Shown here: positions 1-11,347 of the stretch, piece by piece
How the letters are laid out: every line of letters begins with the position of its first letter
How positions within the stretch are numbered: the first letter of the stretch is position 1
Assembly (NCBI RefSeq): GCF_001194135.2
Contig: NC_068990.1
Span: 13,577,406 to 13,609,934, forward strand
From: Octopus bimaculoides
Taxonomy: Eukaryota
Direction: 5' to 3'
Length of the DNA stretch: 32,529 bases
Made by a program: the position numbers and the translations under genes
The notes under the pieces: generated by a model
The model's database searches: none
The model's input: the letters and a program-made list of their open reading frames with translations, nothing else
What the model was told of the DNA's origin: nothing

Positions 1-316
1 CCGGGCGTTGTGAGTGTTCATTGAGCGAAAACACCTAAAGCTCCAAGAGGCTCCGGCAGGGGATGATGGTGAACCCTGATGTACTCTTTCACCACAACTT
101 TCTCTCACTCTTACTTCCTGTTTCTGTTGTGCCTGTAATTCAAAGAGTCAGCCTTGTCACACTTTGTCACGCTGACTATCCCCGAGAACTACGTTAAGGG
201 TACACGTGTCTGTGGAGTGCTCAGCCACTTGCAAGTTAATTTCACGAGCAGGCTGTTCCGTTGATCGGATCAACTGGAACCCTCGACGTGGTAAGCGACG
301 GAGTGACAACAACAAC
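1..316 (+). mobile_element. SINE family A (tRNA-derived, octopus OR1/OK-like), 5' end cut by window edge
   Basis: Near-identical to the copies at 10194-10577 and 21320-21634. Ends in an (AAC)n tail at about 307-316. Has a 3' hairpin GTTCCGTTGATCGGATCAACTGGAAC at 255-280. Confidence 0.9.
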
Positions 317-320
317 TACA

Positions 321-480
321 TAATTTAACGAATATAAGTTAAAGTGTAAAAAAAGAAATAGTAGATTTGAAAGAAGTTTCTATACAACTAGTTTTTTAAC
401 ATCGAATTTTTATAGGGACCTATCAGAATAAATTAGTAATCAATGGGGTTCATAGGAAGAAAAGTGATTGAGAACCCCCA
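321..480. mobile_element. Possible right end of a hAT-type MITE
   Basis: Ends ...GGGGTTCATAGGAAGAAAAGTGATTGAGAACCCCC, resembling Charlie-like termini (GGTTGAGAACCCCTG). No left terminal inverted repeat (TIR) lies inside the window. Confidence 0.3.
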
Positions 481-900
481 ATCTGAACAGTACAAATTTC
501 TTTTCTAGAAATCTGTCTTTCTAGCTTTGGAATAGACGACTGGCTGAGCTACTATTTTATTAGTTGTTTAGAAGGAATTAAATTTTTCCGTGACTATAAT
601 AAGCGCTATACCATCAACGTTGACTTCTTCATCGTGAAACAAAGGCGATATGATTCTAAGCATTTTGCAGACGTTAACTTCTGTACGTCTGCTCATAAAT
701 GGGAAAACGGCATACTTCGAGTGTTTCCGGATAATTTCGGTTTAATCACTGTTTGTCAAATACCTGTGTATATGTGTAAGCGTTTGTGTGAAAGAGAGAG
801 AGGGGGGGGGGCAGTGAGACGTGAGGGAAAAAGAGCGATATGAAAGGCGAAGAGAAAAAAAGGAGGAAAGATTACTTTGATTTGTATGCGTAAATTCTTT

Positions 901-1015
901 TCTACTCTAGACACAAGGCCCGAAATTTGGGGGGAAATTTCTGGATTACTTAATTTATCAACCCCAAAATGGTGAAAGGCAAAGTCGACCTCGACGGCAT
1001 TTGAACTCAGAACAC
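901..1015 (-). mobile_element. SINE family B fragment (5'-truncated, internal deletion)
   Basis: TCTACTCTAGACACAAGGCCCGAAATTT...GAAAGGCAAAGTCGACCTCGACGGCATTTGAACTCAGAAC matches the minus-strand copy at 23461-23675. Confidence 0.85.
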
Positions 1016-1037
1016 TAAGGATGTATATATGCGTAAA

Positions 1038-1198
1038 TTTACGTCCCCGTAACTTAGCGGCTCGGCAAAAAAGACCGATAGAATAAGTACTAGGCTTCCA
1101 AAGAATAAGTCCTGGGGTCGATTTGCTCGACTAAAGCGGTGCTCCAGCATGGCCACAGCCAAAAGACTGAAACAAGTAAAAGAGTAAAAAAAAAGAGT
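1038..1198 (+). mobile_element. SINE family C, 3' module and tail
   Basis: TTTACGTCCCCGTAACTTAGCGG...GGGGTCGATTTGCTCGACTAAAGCGGTGCTCCAGCATGG...GACTGAAACAAGTAAAAGAGT is homologous to 5125-5497 and, in reverse, to 9040-9190. Confidence 0.85.
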
Positions 1199-2651
1199 AT
1201 ATATACATATATATATATATATATAAACAAATAGTAAATGAGTATATGCATATATACGTACAGGTATGTGCATACCGACATCCACCTGTATGTATAGGTG
1301 CATATCTGGGTACAGGACATTGCAAACAAAGCGTAGACGAGAAAACACACAAGCCACATAGAGAACATTCTCCTTCATCAGCTACCCCCGTTTTAACACC
1401 GGCGTTTCGGTGCGCATATGCCCGTGTGGGTGTGTATGTTACAAGTGTATGTGTGAGTAATGGACAGTAGAATGCGTCACTCTCTGAACGATACCTGTTT
1501 TAATATTACCAACCCTTTCCCACTCCATATCAGTTTCATAATTCCCTGCATCACCGCCACAGCAACCGTCTCTCCCGTTCTCTGGTCATTTACCGCCCCA
1601 CTACCACTTCACTTAGTTATCCACCTCACATCAGTGCATCCTCGTCTTTCTGTGTGGCTGTGTAAATGAGTACGTATCTAAACGTGTATACGTCGTGTAA
1701 CTGTGTGTGCCTGCGTGTGTATGTGTGTGGGTGTGTCTGCATGTAAATTGATTATACATTGTTTCAACGTCAATTTTTATGGTTCTTATGGTTTGAGCTC
1801 TGTGAAGTTTTAACATCAGACTGTTTTTTGATTAAATAAAGTTTTTTTCTGGTTCTTCGTTGATTTGATGGGCTTTGTCTGCACCGTTAACATATCGAAT
1901 TATATCCAGTATCATTACCCGCCAGACAATAGCTGCTCAAACGTTATAGCTTCCTAATTTAACCTTGCCATATGAAAGCAATAAGAATCGCATATGCCGG
2001 GCTATATAAGATTAACTATCTGTCGGTTAGTATTTCGATATGTGTAGCGAATTCCTTATCTTACTGCAATAAATTCGTTTGATCTATGGGTATTCAATAT
2101 GAAAGTGTATCTGGTCTCCCCGCTTGCTAGAAATAATAACTAAATCTCTTACACTATTCTTATGTAGTATTTTTTTGTAACAAAGGCCAATGAATAATGA
2201 ATAATAAACAAACTGAAAGAGAAATCTATCTAACAGTTAACTACAATGAATTGCAATTTAATTAACTTGTATATCTCTATATATGTCCGACGTATGAGAG
2301 GGAAGATCAGGGAAACCAACGTGTTTTATGAAGTCTACTGAATCAGATATGAAATCAAGGTTAAACGTGTATTTGTTTCAATGGATAGGGAGCATCCATG
2401 CGATTAGTAAGAGTTCCAAGAAATAGCAGTCAGTTCTCATTCTACCGACTTTAATCTTTTGGTAAGCAAGCAGACACAACAGTGCTCATCACCCGTTCAA
2501 AACCTACAAAATTGGTGAGAGGGAAAGAGATAAGAAGATATTGTCTGACCAGAAATGTGGGCAAAATGCTTGCATCAGAGTGAGTTTGGCTTCATTAACG
2601 CAACCAAGATGTTACACCGGGTTACAGATCAATGCTGCCTCCGAAGATTAA

Positions 2652-2865
2652 CGATCTTTCTACTACAGGCACAAGGCCTGAAATTCTGGAGGAGGACCGA
2701 GTCGATTACATCGATCCCAGTGTGCAACTGGTACATATTTCATCGACCACGAAAGGATGAAAGGTGAAGACCTCAACAGAATTTTCACCCAAAACGTAAA
2801 ATATGACCGAAATGGTGCCAAGGATTTTGTCCGGCATGCAAGCAATTTTGCTAGCTCGCTGCCTT
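2652..2865 (-). mobile_element. SINE family B, full-length diverged copy
   Basis: Colinear with 23461-23675. Flanked by TCCGAAGATTAA (2640-2651) and TACGAAGATTAA (2866-2877). Confidence 0.85.
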
Positions 2866-2877
2866 TACGAAGATTAA

Positions 2878-3104
2878 TAATGGTTTCAAATTTCGGCACA
2901 AGGCCAGCAATTTAAGAAAATTCTGGAGGAGGGGCAAGTCGATTACATGGACCCCAGTACTCAACTGGTAGCTATTTTATCGACAACGAAAAGGTGAAAG
3001 GTTAAGTCGACCTCGACAGAATTTGGACTCAGAACGCAAAGATAGACAAAACGCGGCTAAGCATTTTCCCCGGCGTGCTAACGATTCTGCCAGCTCTCCA
3101 CATT
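2878..3104 (-). mobile_element. SINE family B, full-length copy with a different 3' tail
   Basis: Head reads (reverse complement) GAGCTGGCAGAATCGTTAGCAC...GTTCTGAGTCCAAATTC. Flanked by TACGAAGATTAA (2866-2877) and TCCGAAGATTAA (3105-3116). Confidence 0.88.
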
Positions 3105-3269
3105 TCCGAAGATTAATTATACTGCATATTATTAGGCAACGCATACCCAGTCTCTCATTAGAAAAATAGAACGATCATAGAAAGAAGATCTTTAAGAATA
3201 GGCTTGCTGGTTCAGAACATGCCTGAGAATATACAACATTGGTTTCTTGTCTGTAATATTTACTTCGAC

Positions 3270-3503
3270 CAGGGCGGTAAGCTGGCAGAATCGTTAGCAC
3301 ACCGGGCGAAATGCTTAGCAGATTTTCGTCTGCCGTTACATTCTGAGTTCAAAATCTGCCGAGATCGACTTTGCCTTTCATCCTTTCGGGGTCGATTAAA
3401 TAAGTACCAGTTATGCCCTGGTGTCGATGTAATCGACTTAATCCCTTTGTCTATCCTTGTTTGTCCCCTCTATGTTTAGCCCCTTGTGGCCAATAAAGAA
3501 ATA
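3270..3503 (+). mobile_element. SINE family B, full-length copy with 15-bp TSD
   Basis: tRNA-like head (AGCTGGCAGAATCGTTAG; GAGTTCAAAATC) and body CCTTTCATCCTTTCGGGGTCGATTAAATAAGTACCAG. Perfect TSD AATATTTACTTCGAC at 3255-3269 and 3504-3518. Confidence 0.92.
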
Positions 3504-3671
3504 AATATTTACTTCGACTAATTTCATTCGCAATCCGTAAAAAGATTATATATTTTTTATACACACATTTTCCTTGATGCTTGCCAATCGTTTAATGTTT
3601 TGCGTCGGGAGTTATTTTGTTTTCTCTTAATTAAAGACTAGCTCCTATTTTATAGAGGGCATTCATGAACT

Positions 3672-3877
3672 AGACGCGTGGACTAGAGGTTAGATCACAA
3701 GATCATGGTTTCGATTCTCAGACCGAGCAGTGTGTTGTGTTCTTGGGCAAAACACTTTATTTCACGTCTCTCCTGTCCACTCAGTCCCCAGTGAGTAATC
3801 CTGCGACTGACTGACCTCCGGTTCTGAAGGGATGTAGGGATCTCGGGCACTTGTCTTGGAAACTGGGCAGCCGGTCC
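3672..3877 (+). mobile_element. SINE family D (tRNA head plus CORE-like domain)
   Basis: A-box-like GTGGACTAGAGGTTAG, B-box-like GGTTTCGATTCTC and CORE-like GTGTTCTTGGGCAAAACACTTTATTTCAC. Homologous to the minus copy at 19068-19248. Confidence 0.7.
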
Positions 3878-4567
3878 AAGATTCAAGACAGTAATATTCA
3901 AGACAGTAATATCCATGGGTTCAAGATGATGATACACGAACATACAAATAATAAAATATCACACAAGCTCTGTTGTATATTCACTGATTTAAAATTACAT
4001 TGAAAACATGTATTCATCTGGATCGTGGACATCTTTTTTTTTTTAAATCGCTTATTTCATAACTTGCGCTGTAATCGCAAAAAATAATTGTAATTTCTTA
4101 TTAGAAATATAATAAATAACAACTACGACTTCTTGTAAAATCAGCTTTCTGTTCTTTTTTAAATACATTTGGTCCATATCAAATAATTTCATTAAAACCT
4201 TTGTGAAATTATTTGAGCATTTCCTGAAAAGTATATGATATTCCAGCCTGTGAGCATTCAGAAAAGAAAAAGCTTATTGCACAACATATAGGAATCAATA
4301 TAACCCAAAAATTTAATATACTCGACATGTTTTTTCCTATGCAAGACACTCCGACGACTATGTTCACATGAATATGTATATACATCGATGAGGCAGTTAT
4401 GTTTTTTATATATGTATGAATATGCGCAGATATGTATGCATTATGTGTGTGTGTGTGTGTATAAATATGTATATATGTACATATATGCTTATATATATGC
4501 ATACTTACATTCATCGATGCATCTACACGTATACATCACACAAACACATACGTAGAAACACACACAC

Positions 4568-4571
<4 letters not shown>

Positions 4572-4623
<52 letters not shown>
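4572..4623. repeat. (TA)n microsatellite within a TA/CA-rich low-complexity tract (about 4430-4790)
   Basis: Directly visible. Confidence 0.95.
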
Positions 4624-4629
<6 letters not shown>

Positions 4630-4903
4630 CACACGCGGAGAGTTGAAGGCACACTCACATATATACACACTGATTTATTATTCTTGAATACGTGTGTATA
4701 CTTACAAATGTATACACATATGTAAGTCAGCGTGTGTGTATGCTTACATATGTATACACATACGTGCGCATGCGTTGTTGCCAAGAAACACATGAACGCA
4801 TTTCTGTTGGTTATTTGTGTTGCAGATTTCTACAACGATACATTTGGTTGAATTTAGATTTTCATAAAACTACGATAGTATTACTTTGAAATTGTTTACA
4901 TGT

Positions 4904-5497
4904 ACCGCAGTCGTAGCCGTGTGGTAAGAAGTCTTCAACTATCACCACACGCAGACTAAAGCCTTATGAGTGGATTTGGTAGACGGAAAGAGAAAGAAGC
5001 TCGCCGTATATATTTGTATATGTACGTGTGAGAATGAGTGAGTGTGTGTATGCGTGTGTGTGAGTGTGTGTGTGTTTCTATCTGTGTATGGGAACTACCT
5101 TCGCTTGACAATGAGTGCTGGAGTGTTTATATCCCCGTAATTTAGTGGTTCGATAATAGAGACCGAACGAATAAGCACTGGGGTTTAAAACAAAAACTGA
5201 GGTGGAATCGCTTGACTAAAATTCTTTAACCATTGTGTTACTGCATCTATTTTGAGACGCTCTGTGTTTCTATCAATTAATTTTAAATATAACAAAGAAT
5301 TTAGTAAAATCACTTATTTATCATTAACCTAGTGTTAGGAACATCAATTGTGACTAAGATTTGGTGGAAGATTTTAATTCAAAACTTATGAAACAAAACA
5401 TTTGTACTACAGAGCCAGAACTGGTTATAGCCAGATTGGTATCGAAAGGGGGCGATGCCTCAGCACGCTCTAATCACATGACAGAAATAAGTAAAAG
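4904..5497 (+). mobile_element. SINE family C (bipartite, internal TA/TG microsatellite), interrupted by a MITE
   Basis: 5' module AAAGCCTTATGAGTGGATTTGGTAGACGGAAAG, then a (TG)-rich spacer at about 5010-5090, then the 3' module CCCCGTAATTTAGTGGTTCG...GACTAAAATTCTTTAA. The SINE resumes at 5451 with GGCGATGCCTCAGCA...GACAGAAATAAGTAAAAG. Confidence 0.75.
5230..5450. mobile_element. Putative piggyBac-like MITE inserted at TTAA inside SINE C
   Basis: Starts right after TTAA (5226-5229). Degenerate TIRs CCATTGTGTTACT / GGTATCGAAAGGG (8 of 13 match). Host SINE is colinear across the insert. The right TTAA copy is missing. Confidence 0.5.
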
Positions 5498-5590
5498 TTA
5501 TAATGTAAAAGTTAGAAGTAAATCCGGACCAAATATACAAAGTTTATTAATGTTTTGAAAGACATATTGAATACTTTTCAATCATTTTCA

Positions 5591-6129
5591 NNNNNNNNNN
5601 NNNNNNNNNNNNNNNNNNNNNNNNNNNNNNNNNNNNNNNNNNNNNNNNNNNNNNNNNNNNNNNNNNNNNNNNNNNNNNNNNNNNNNNNNNNNNNNNNNNN
5701 NNNNNNNNNNNNNNNNNNNNNNNNNNNNNNNNNNNNNNNNNNNNNNNNNNNNNNNNNNNNNNNNNNNNNNNNNNNNNNNNNNNNNNNNNNNNNNNNNNNN
5801 NNNNNNNNNNNNNNNNNNNNNNNNNNNNNNNNNNNNNNNNNNNNNNNNNNNNNNNNNNNNNNNNNNNNNNNNNNNNNNNNNNNNNNNNNNNNNNNNNNNN
5901 NNNNNNNNNNNNNNNNNNNNNNNNNNNNNNNNNNNNNNNNNNNNNNNNNNNNNNNNNNNNNNNNNNNNNNNNNNNNNNNNNNNNNNNNNNNNNNNNNNNN
6001 NNNNNNNNNNNNNNNNNNNNNNNNNNNNNNNNNNNNNNNNNNNNNNNNNNNNNNNNNNNNNNNNNNNNNNNNNNNNNNNNNNNNNNNNNNNNNNNNNNNN
6101 NNNNNNNNNNNNNNNNNNNNNNNNNNNNN
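5591..6129. other. Assembly gap (N run)
   Basis: N bases, followed by (TA)n. Confidence 1.
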
Positions 6130-6179
<50 letters not shown>

Positions 6180-6333
6180 CTGTATGTATGTGTGTGTGTG
6201 TGTAAAAGTGTGTGACTATAGAAAAGGTTGAATACATGAATGGAGCACCCATGCAAACACCTAAGCACAGGTTTATGCATGAGTCTCCAAACAAATACGC
6301 GCGTACACGTGCACACACATAGATCGATCGATC

Positions 6334-6383
<50 letters not shown>

Positions 6384-6436
6384 GTGCGCGTGCGAGTGAG
6401 ATGGAGAGAGAGAGCGAGAGAGAGAGAGAGAGAGAG
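6334..6436. repeat. (GATA)n then (GA)n microsatellites
   Basis: Directly visible. Confidence 0.95.
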
Positions 6437-6635
6437 TGCTAATTTTCATACAATTCTAACTTGATGTTATTCGCTTCTATTTTCTCTTCTGTACATTTTT
6501 ACTCTCTTTCTATATAACAATCGCTTTTTAGGCTTAATATATGTTATGCATACAGAAATGTGCGCGCACGCATATCTGAGGACATGTAAGTATATGTAGA
6601 AATATATAAATATGTATATATATATATATATATAT

Positions 6636-7449
6636 NNNNNNNNNNNNNNNNNNNNNNNNNNNNNNNNNNNNNNNNNNNNNNNNNNNNNNNNNNNNNNNNN
6701 NNNNNNNNNNNNNNNNNNNNNNNNNNNNNNNNNNNNNNNNNNNNNNNNNNNNNNNNNNNNNNNNNNNNNNNNNNNNNNNNNNNNNNNNNNNNNNNNNNNN
6801 NNNNNNNNNNNNNNNNNNNNNNNNNNNNNNNNNNNNNNNNNNNNNNNNNNNNNNNNNNNNNNNNNNNNNNNNNNNNNNNNNNNNNNNNNNNNNNNNNNNN
6901 NNNNNNNNNNNNNNNNNNNNNNNNNNNNNNNNNNNNNNNNNNNNNNNNNNNNNNNNNNNNNNNNNNNNNNNNNNNNNNNNNNNNNNNNNNNNNNNNNNNN
7001 NNNNNNNNNNNNNNNNNNNNNNNNNNNNNNNNNNNNNNNNNNNNNNNNNNNNNNNNNNNNNNNNNNNNNNNNNNNNNNNNNNNNNNNNNNNNNNNNNNNN
7101 NNNNNNNNNNNNNNNNNNNNNNNNNNNNNNNNNNNNNNNNNNNNNNNNNNNNNNNNNNNNNNNNNNNNNNNNNNNNNNNNNNNNNNNNNNNNNNNNNNNN
7201 NNNNNNNNNNNNNNNNNNNNNNNNNNNNNNNNNNNNNNNNNNNNNNNNNNNNNNNNNNNNNNNNNNNNNNNNNNNNNNNNNNNNNNNNNNNNNNNNNNNN
7301 NNNNNNNNNNNNNNNNNNNNNNNNNNNNNNNNNNNNNNNNNNNNNNNNNNNNNNNNNNNNNNNNNNNNNNNNNNNNNNNNNNNNNNNNNNNNNNNNNNNN
7401 NNNNNNNNNNNNNNNNNNNNNNNNNNNNNNNNNNNNNNNNNNNNNNNNN
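6636..7449. other. Assembly gap (N run)
   Basis: N bases flanked by (TA)n on both sides. Confidence 1.
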
Positions 7450-7461
7450 TATATATATATT

Positions 7462-7545
<84 letters not shown>
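7450..7545. repeat. Compound (TA)n(GA)n(GACA)n microsatellite
   Basis: Directly visible. Confidence 0.95.
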
Positions 7546-7862
7546 GATCTGTAGTGTGAATGGTGTATGGGACGTGTGGGGATAGGTGGTGTTGAATGAA
7601 CGGTTGGTAGTGTTCTGTATTATGTCATGTGTGCATTCAAACAATGATTAGTAACATTACGAAACCGGTATGCTTTTGAATCTCTTTAACAATTCACAAT
7701 AATGACTTTATTACTTTTATCGTTACCTCAGTTCATCTAATTGTATATATCTATCGTTTATTTTCATAAAAANNNNNNNNNNATATATATATATATACAT
7801 AAGACAAAAACAAGTGACTGAAACAAGTAACAATAAAAGAATATGTAAGAGTATGTGTACAT

Positions 7863-7907
<45 letters not shown>

Positions 7908-9039
7908 TCCGTACATCTGTTGATGTCAATTATCATCCATATAATGAACAACATAGCCATGAATATTCATGTGCGATTTGCTTATCCGATAATTTATATT
8001 AAGCGTTAGATGAAACCACGTAATTCAACAACTTACAATTATCGATTAGCAATCACGTTCTAGTTGAATAAATTATTGCAACGCCGGTGAACAGAGAGAT
8101 GTGCTTATAAATCACCATAGTTTTTGTCTTATGAAATTCAAGAGTCAAAGAACAGTTGGTCTGTAAACATTTTTCTCAAACGTTTTACGTCATACATTAT
8201 AATTCGAGATGTTATATTTACTCCAATCTGACGGTATGTGTATGTATGCATGTTTGTGTGTATGCATGTATAACATCTATACCTGTGTTGATATGTAGTA
8301 TATATGTGTGTGTCTGCACATATATACACATATATATGTATCTATATGTACACATACATACGAAAGTGTGTATGTATGAATACATATATATATATATACG
8401 TGTGTGTCTGTGTGTATGGATATGATATCTATAAATGAGCACATACGTTTACATATCTATACTTATCTTGTGTGTGTGTGTGTGAGCGCGCGTATACATA
8501 AATGTGCGTGTGTTCGTATGGATATGATATCTATAAATGAACTCATACTATAAGATATATATAACTTATGTGTGTTTGCGTATGCGAGTGCGCGTGTGCG
8601 TTGATATATGTTTGTGCATTTTATCCCAACATGTATCTGTGTGTATGTGTTTGAGTATATAGTGATGTAATATATATGGTAATGTTCAATCTAAAATCTA
8701 ATCCTGATTACCCTGCGGTGGGGCTTGAACAATTGCAAGACAGCGTATATAATGCGATGCATTGATAGGAATATTATTTGCTGCCATTTTTCTCTCAATC
8801 AATACACGTATATATGTTCACTTATTAATCAGCCCAAGACAATCGCCTATTCCATGAAAATGGTCATTTTGAACACTATATGTATCACCCAAAACAAATT
8901 TTTTTTTTGTATACCATAATAGTATCTCCACACCTGTTTCTGTTATTACCAATTAATATATTACTTTGCATAACATTTAATAAATTGTGCTTTAGTTAAT
9001 CATGGGAATTTGGATTTAATATAGGAGATTTTTGTCTGT

Positions 9040-9445
9040 AAGCAAATTTGTTTCTTGAAACCTAGCCATGCTGGGAACAACCTTAAAAGATTTAATTGGA
9101 CAAATCGTCTCCAGAACTGATTTTTTAAAAAGGCTTGGTGCTTATTATATCTACTCTTTTGCCGAACTGTTAAGTTACAGGGACATACTTTAACCAAACC
9201 ACCACCGGTTTTCAAGTGGTAGTAGGGTCAAATAGAAAGACACATGCAGATACATATACAACAATACATATATAGAAAAAAACAAATATACACACATACA
9301 AACGCAGACAAACTTATATACGACGGAGTTTCACATACTTTATATCAACCGAATTTACTCAGAAAGCATTAGTCGGCCAGAATCATAGTAGAAAATATAT
9401 GTGAAAGATACCCAGCAGTTTAACTGAACACAAAACCACGTGTTT
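9040..9445 (-). mobile_element. SINE family C, old full-length diverged copy
   Basis: GCCATGCTGGG, CTTTTGCCGAACTGTTAAGTTACAGGGAC, a CA/TA-rich spacer, and ATACGACGG...TCGGCCAGAATCATAGTAGAA align in reverse to the family C modules. Confidence 0.65.
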
Positions 9446-9934
9446 GAGTCTGCTACACTAAAAAAATGTGAGGATAAATACATAGCACATTTAAGAAAAA
9501 CAACCAATTTCGATATATTAGTTGATTATGACCAGCATTTTTTGCTTGCTGCTGCACAATTTTACTGCAGTCACTGCCACGCATTCACCATACGTTTACT
9601 ATTCTACGTCTTCAGAGTGACCTTAATAGCAGACGATCCAGTTCATTACTTCTGTGAAGTTGTTGGCTTTAGGGACGCCACAACTTTTGATTTTGTTAAT
9701 GAGGGTTATAATAGTGGAGGCTTTTTGTGGTTACATACATATATCAGATAGTTAAACATTTATATATGTCGACTGTTTTATTCAACAACTCACATCAAAC
9801 AGTTGATTGAAATTGATTTATACAGACAAAGAACTCTGTCATCGTGCCAGCCTCCAAAATGTAAGAGTTCTAGATTTTCTGGTATGATATTGATTTGTAA
9901 ACATATAGGCACAATGCCATATTCGAGAGACGAA

Positions 9935-10145
9935 GAGGTGGCGAGATGGCAAGATTGTTAGCACACCCGTCAAAGTGCTTAGTAGCATTTCTTTTGCTAT
10001 ACGTTCTGAGATCAAATTCCGCTTAGGTTGTTAACTTTACTTTTCATTTTGGGAGAGTCGATAACATAGAGTAACGGTTGAATATGTGACTGATTAGTAC
10101 GCTCACCACCAAATTTCAGTGTTTGTGCCTTTCGTATAAATAATT
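9935..10145 (+). mobile_element. SINE family B, old diverged copy
   Basis: GGTGGCGAGATGGCAAGATTGTTAGCAC...CGTTCTGAGATCAAATTCCGC...CCAAATTTCAGTGTTTGTGCC. Confidence 0.7.
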
Positions 10146-10660
10146 CTTTAGAAGGAGAGTTATTGTAAATTATCCTAAGTATAGTTCTCGAATTGGAGGC
10201 GCAATGGCCCAGTGGTTAGGGTAGCGGACTCGCTGTCATAGGATCGCAGTTTCGATTCCCAGACCGGGCGTTGTGAGTGTTTATTGAGCGAAAATACCTA
10301 ACGCTCCACGAGGCTCCGGCAGGGGATGCTGCCGAACCCTGCTGTACTCTTTCACCTCAATTTTCTCTCACTCTTACTTCCTGTTTCTGTTGTGCCTGTA
10401 ATTCAAAGGTTCAGCCTTGTCACACTGTGCCACGCTGAATATCCCCGAGAACTACGTTAAGGGTACACGTGTCTTTAGAGTGCTCAGTCACTTGCACGTT
10501 AATTTCACGAGCAGGCTGTTCCGTTGATCGGATCAACTGGAATCCTCGATGTCGTAAGCGACGGAGTGCCAACAATAAGTTCTCGAATGGTTTTCTGTAT
10601 TTTATGAATCCAAGTTGGCTGAAAGGCAAATTTGACAATAGAGGAATGTTCCGAGGCTTG
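10146..10660 (-). mobile_element. Highly decayed SINE family B copy split by the SINE A insertion
   Basis: The right piece TATTTTATGAATCCAAGTTGGCTGAAAGGCAAATTTGAC resembles the B body TTTATCGACCCCGAAAGGATGAAAGGCAAAGTCGAC. The left piece at 10146-10193 is only weakly similar. Confidence 0.4.
10194..10577 (+). mobile_element. SINE family A, full-length (about 384 bp) with 11-bp TSD
   Basis: A box TGGCCCAGTGG (10205-10215), B box GTTTCGATTCC (10249-10259), CTCGC anticodon-like loop suggesting a tRNA-Arg origin, and an AAC tail. TSD AGTTCTCGAAT at 10183-10193 and 10578-10588. Confidence 0.93.
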
Positions 10661-11347
10661 AAATTCAAAAAGAAAACAGAAAGATGTTCGCCAATACAGG
10701 GTATGAAATTTTGTCTAGTTCTTCATTTATTCAGCCTCTCTCCAAATCTTCTTCGTTTTTCCCACCCATTAATTGACTATTTAATTATATATCTATATGT
10801 GTGCATACATATATATGTAGATAGATAGAGAGAGGATTGGAAAAGAAAGGGCCTTGAGCTCATGATACAAAAAGATAAAGATAGATATTGTAAACTACAT
10901 GAAAATACTAAAAATAGTATTGATAAAAGCCAAATAAAATATTACTCTGAAAGATCAATATGGGATTTCAAATTTTCTGAAAGCCCATTAACCAACAAAT
11001 TACGAAGTCAATTTCAATTGCAAACACAACCAAGCTTCGACTAGTGGTTCTCCATTGATACGATTAATATAAAAATTCATTCTGCATTGAAATAAGTGTA
11101 ATTCATTTAATACTTATTTTAAATACAATATTAAAATATAAGTGGAAACATATTGAATGAATCTCAACTGAAGACCACCTTGTAGATTTTAGTTGTCTGC
11201 AACGGTCAAAGATCAAAATTTCTCATTATTAGTTTAATTACCGAAACACTCAAACACTCAAGTTGTTCAACGGGGACATTGTTACTTGCTTTTCAGATAT
11301 TTATGCACGTTCCAAAAGGAATTAGTTTGAAAAGGAACAAGTAGTAT

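Noticed and set aside
2003-2031. TATATAAG followed by TTAGT (TATA plus Inr-like)
   Set aside because: Spacing is short (about -26), there is no supported downstream gene, and such motifs are frequent in AT-rich DNA.
3881-3910. 15-bp direct repeat ATTCAAGACAGTAAT x2 (similarly TTATCACATTCAAAA x2 at 25009-25040)
   Set aside because: Ordinary slippage duplications with only two copies and no spacer diversity.
4209-4330. Minus-strand MSSILNFWVILIPICCAISFFFSECSQAG, signal-peptide-like
   Set aside because: No usable splice donor, and a stop follows after 39 codons. Hydrophobic strings are common in AT-rich frames.
10194-10270. tRNA gene (A box, B box, anticodon-like loop)
   Set aside because: It is the tRNA-derived head of a SINE: it continues into about 310 bp of family body, is flanked by a TSD, and I see no proper acceptor stem.
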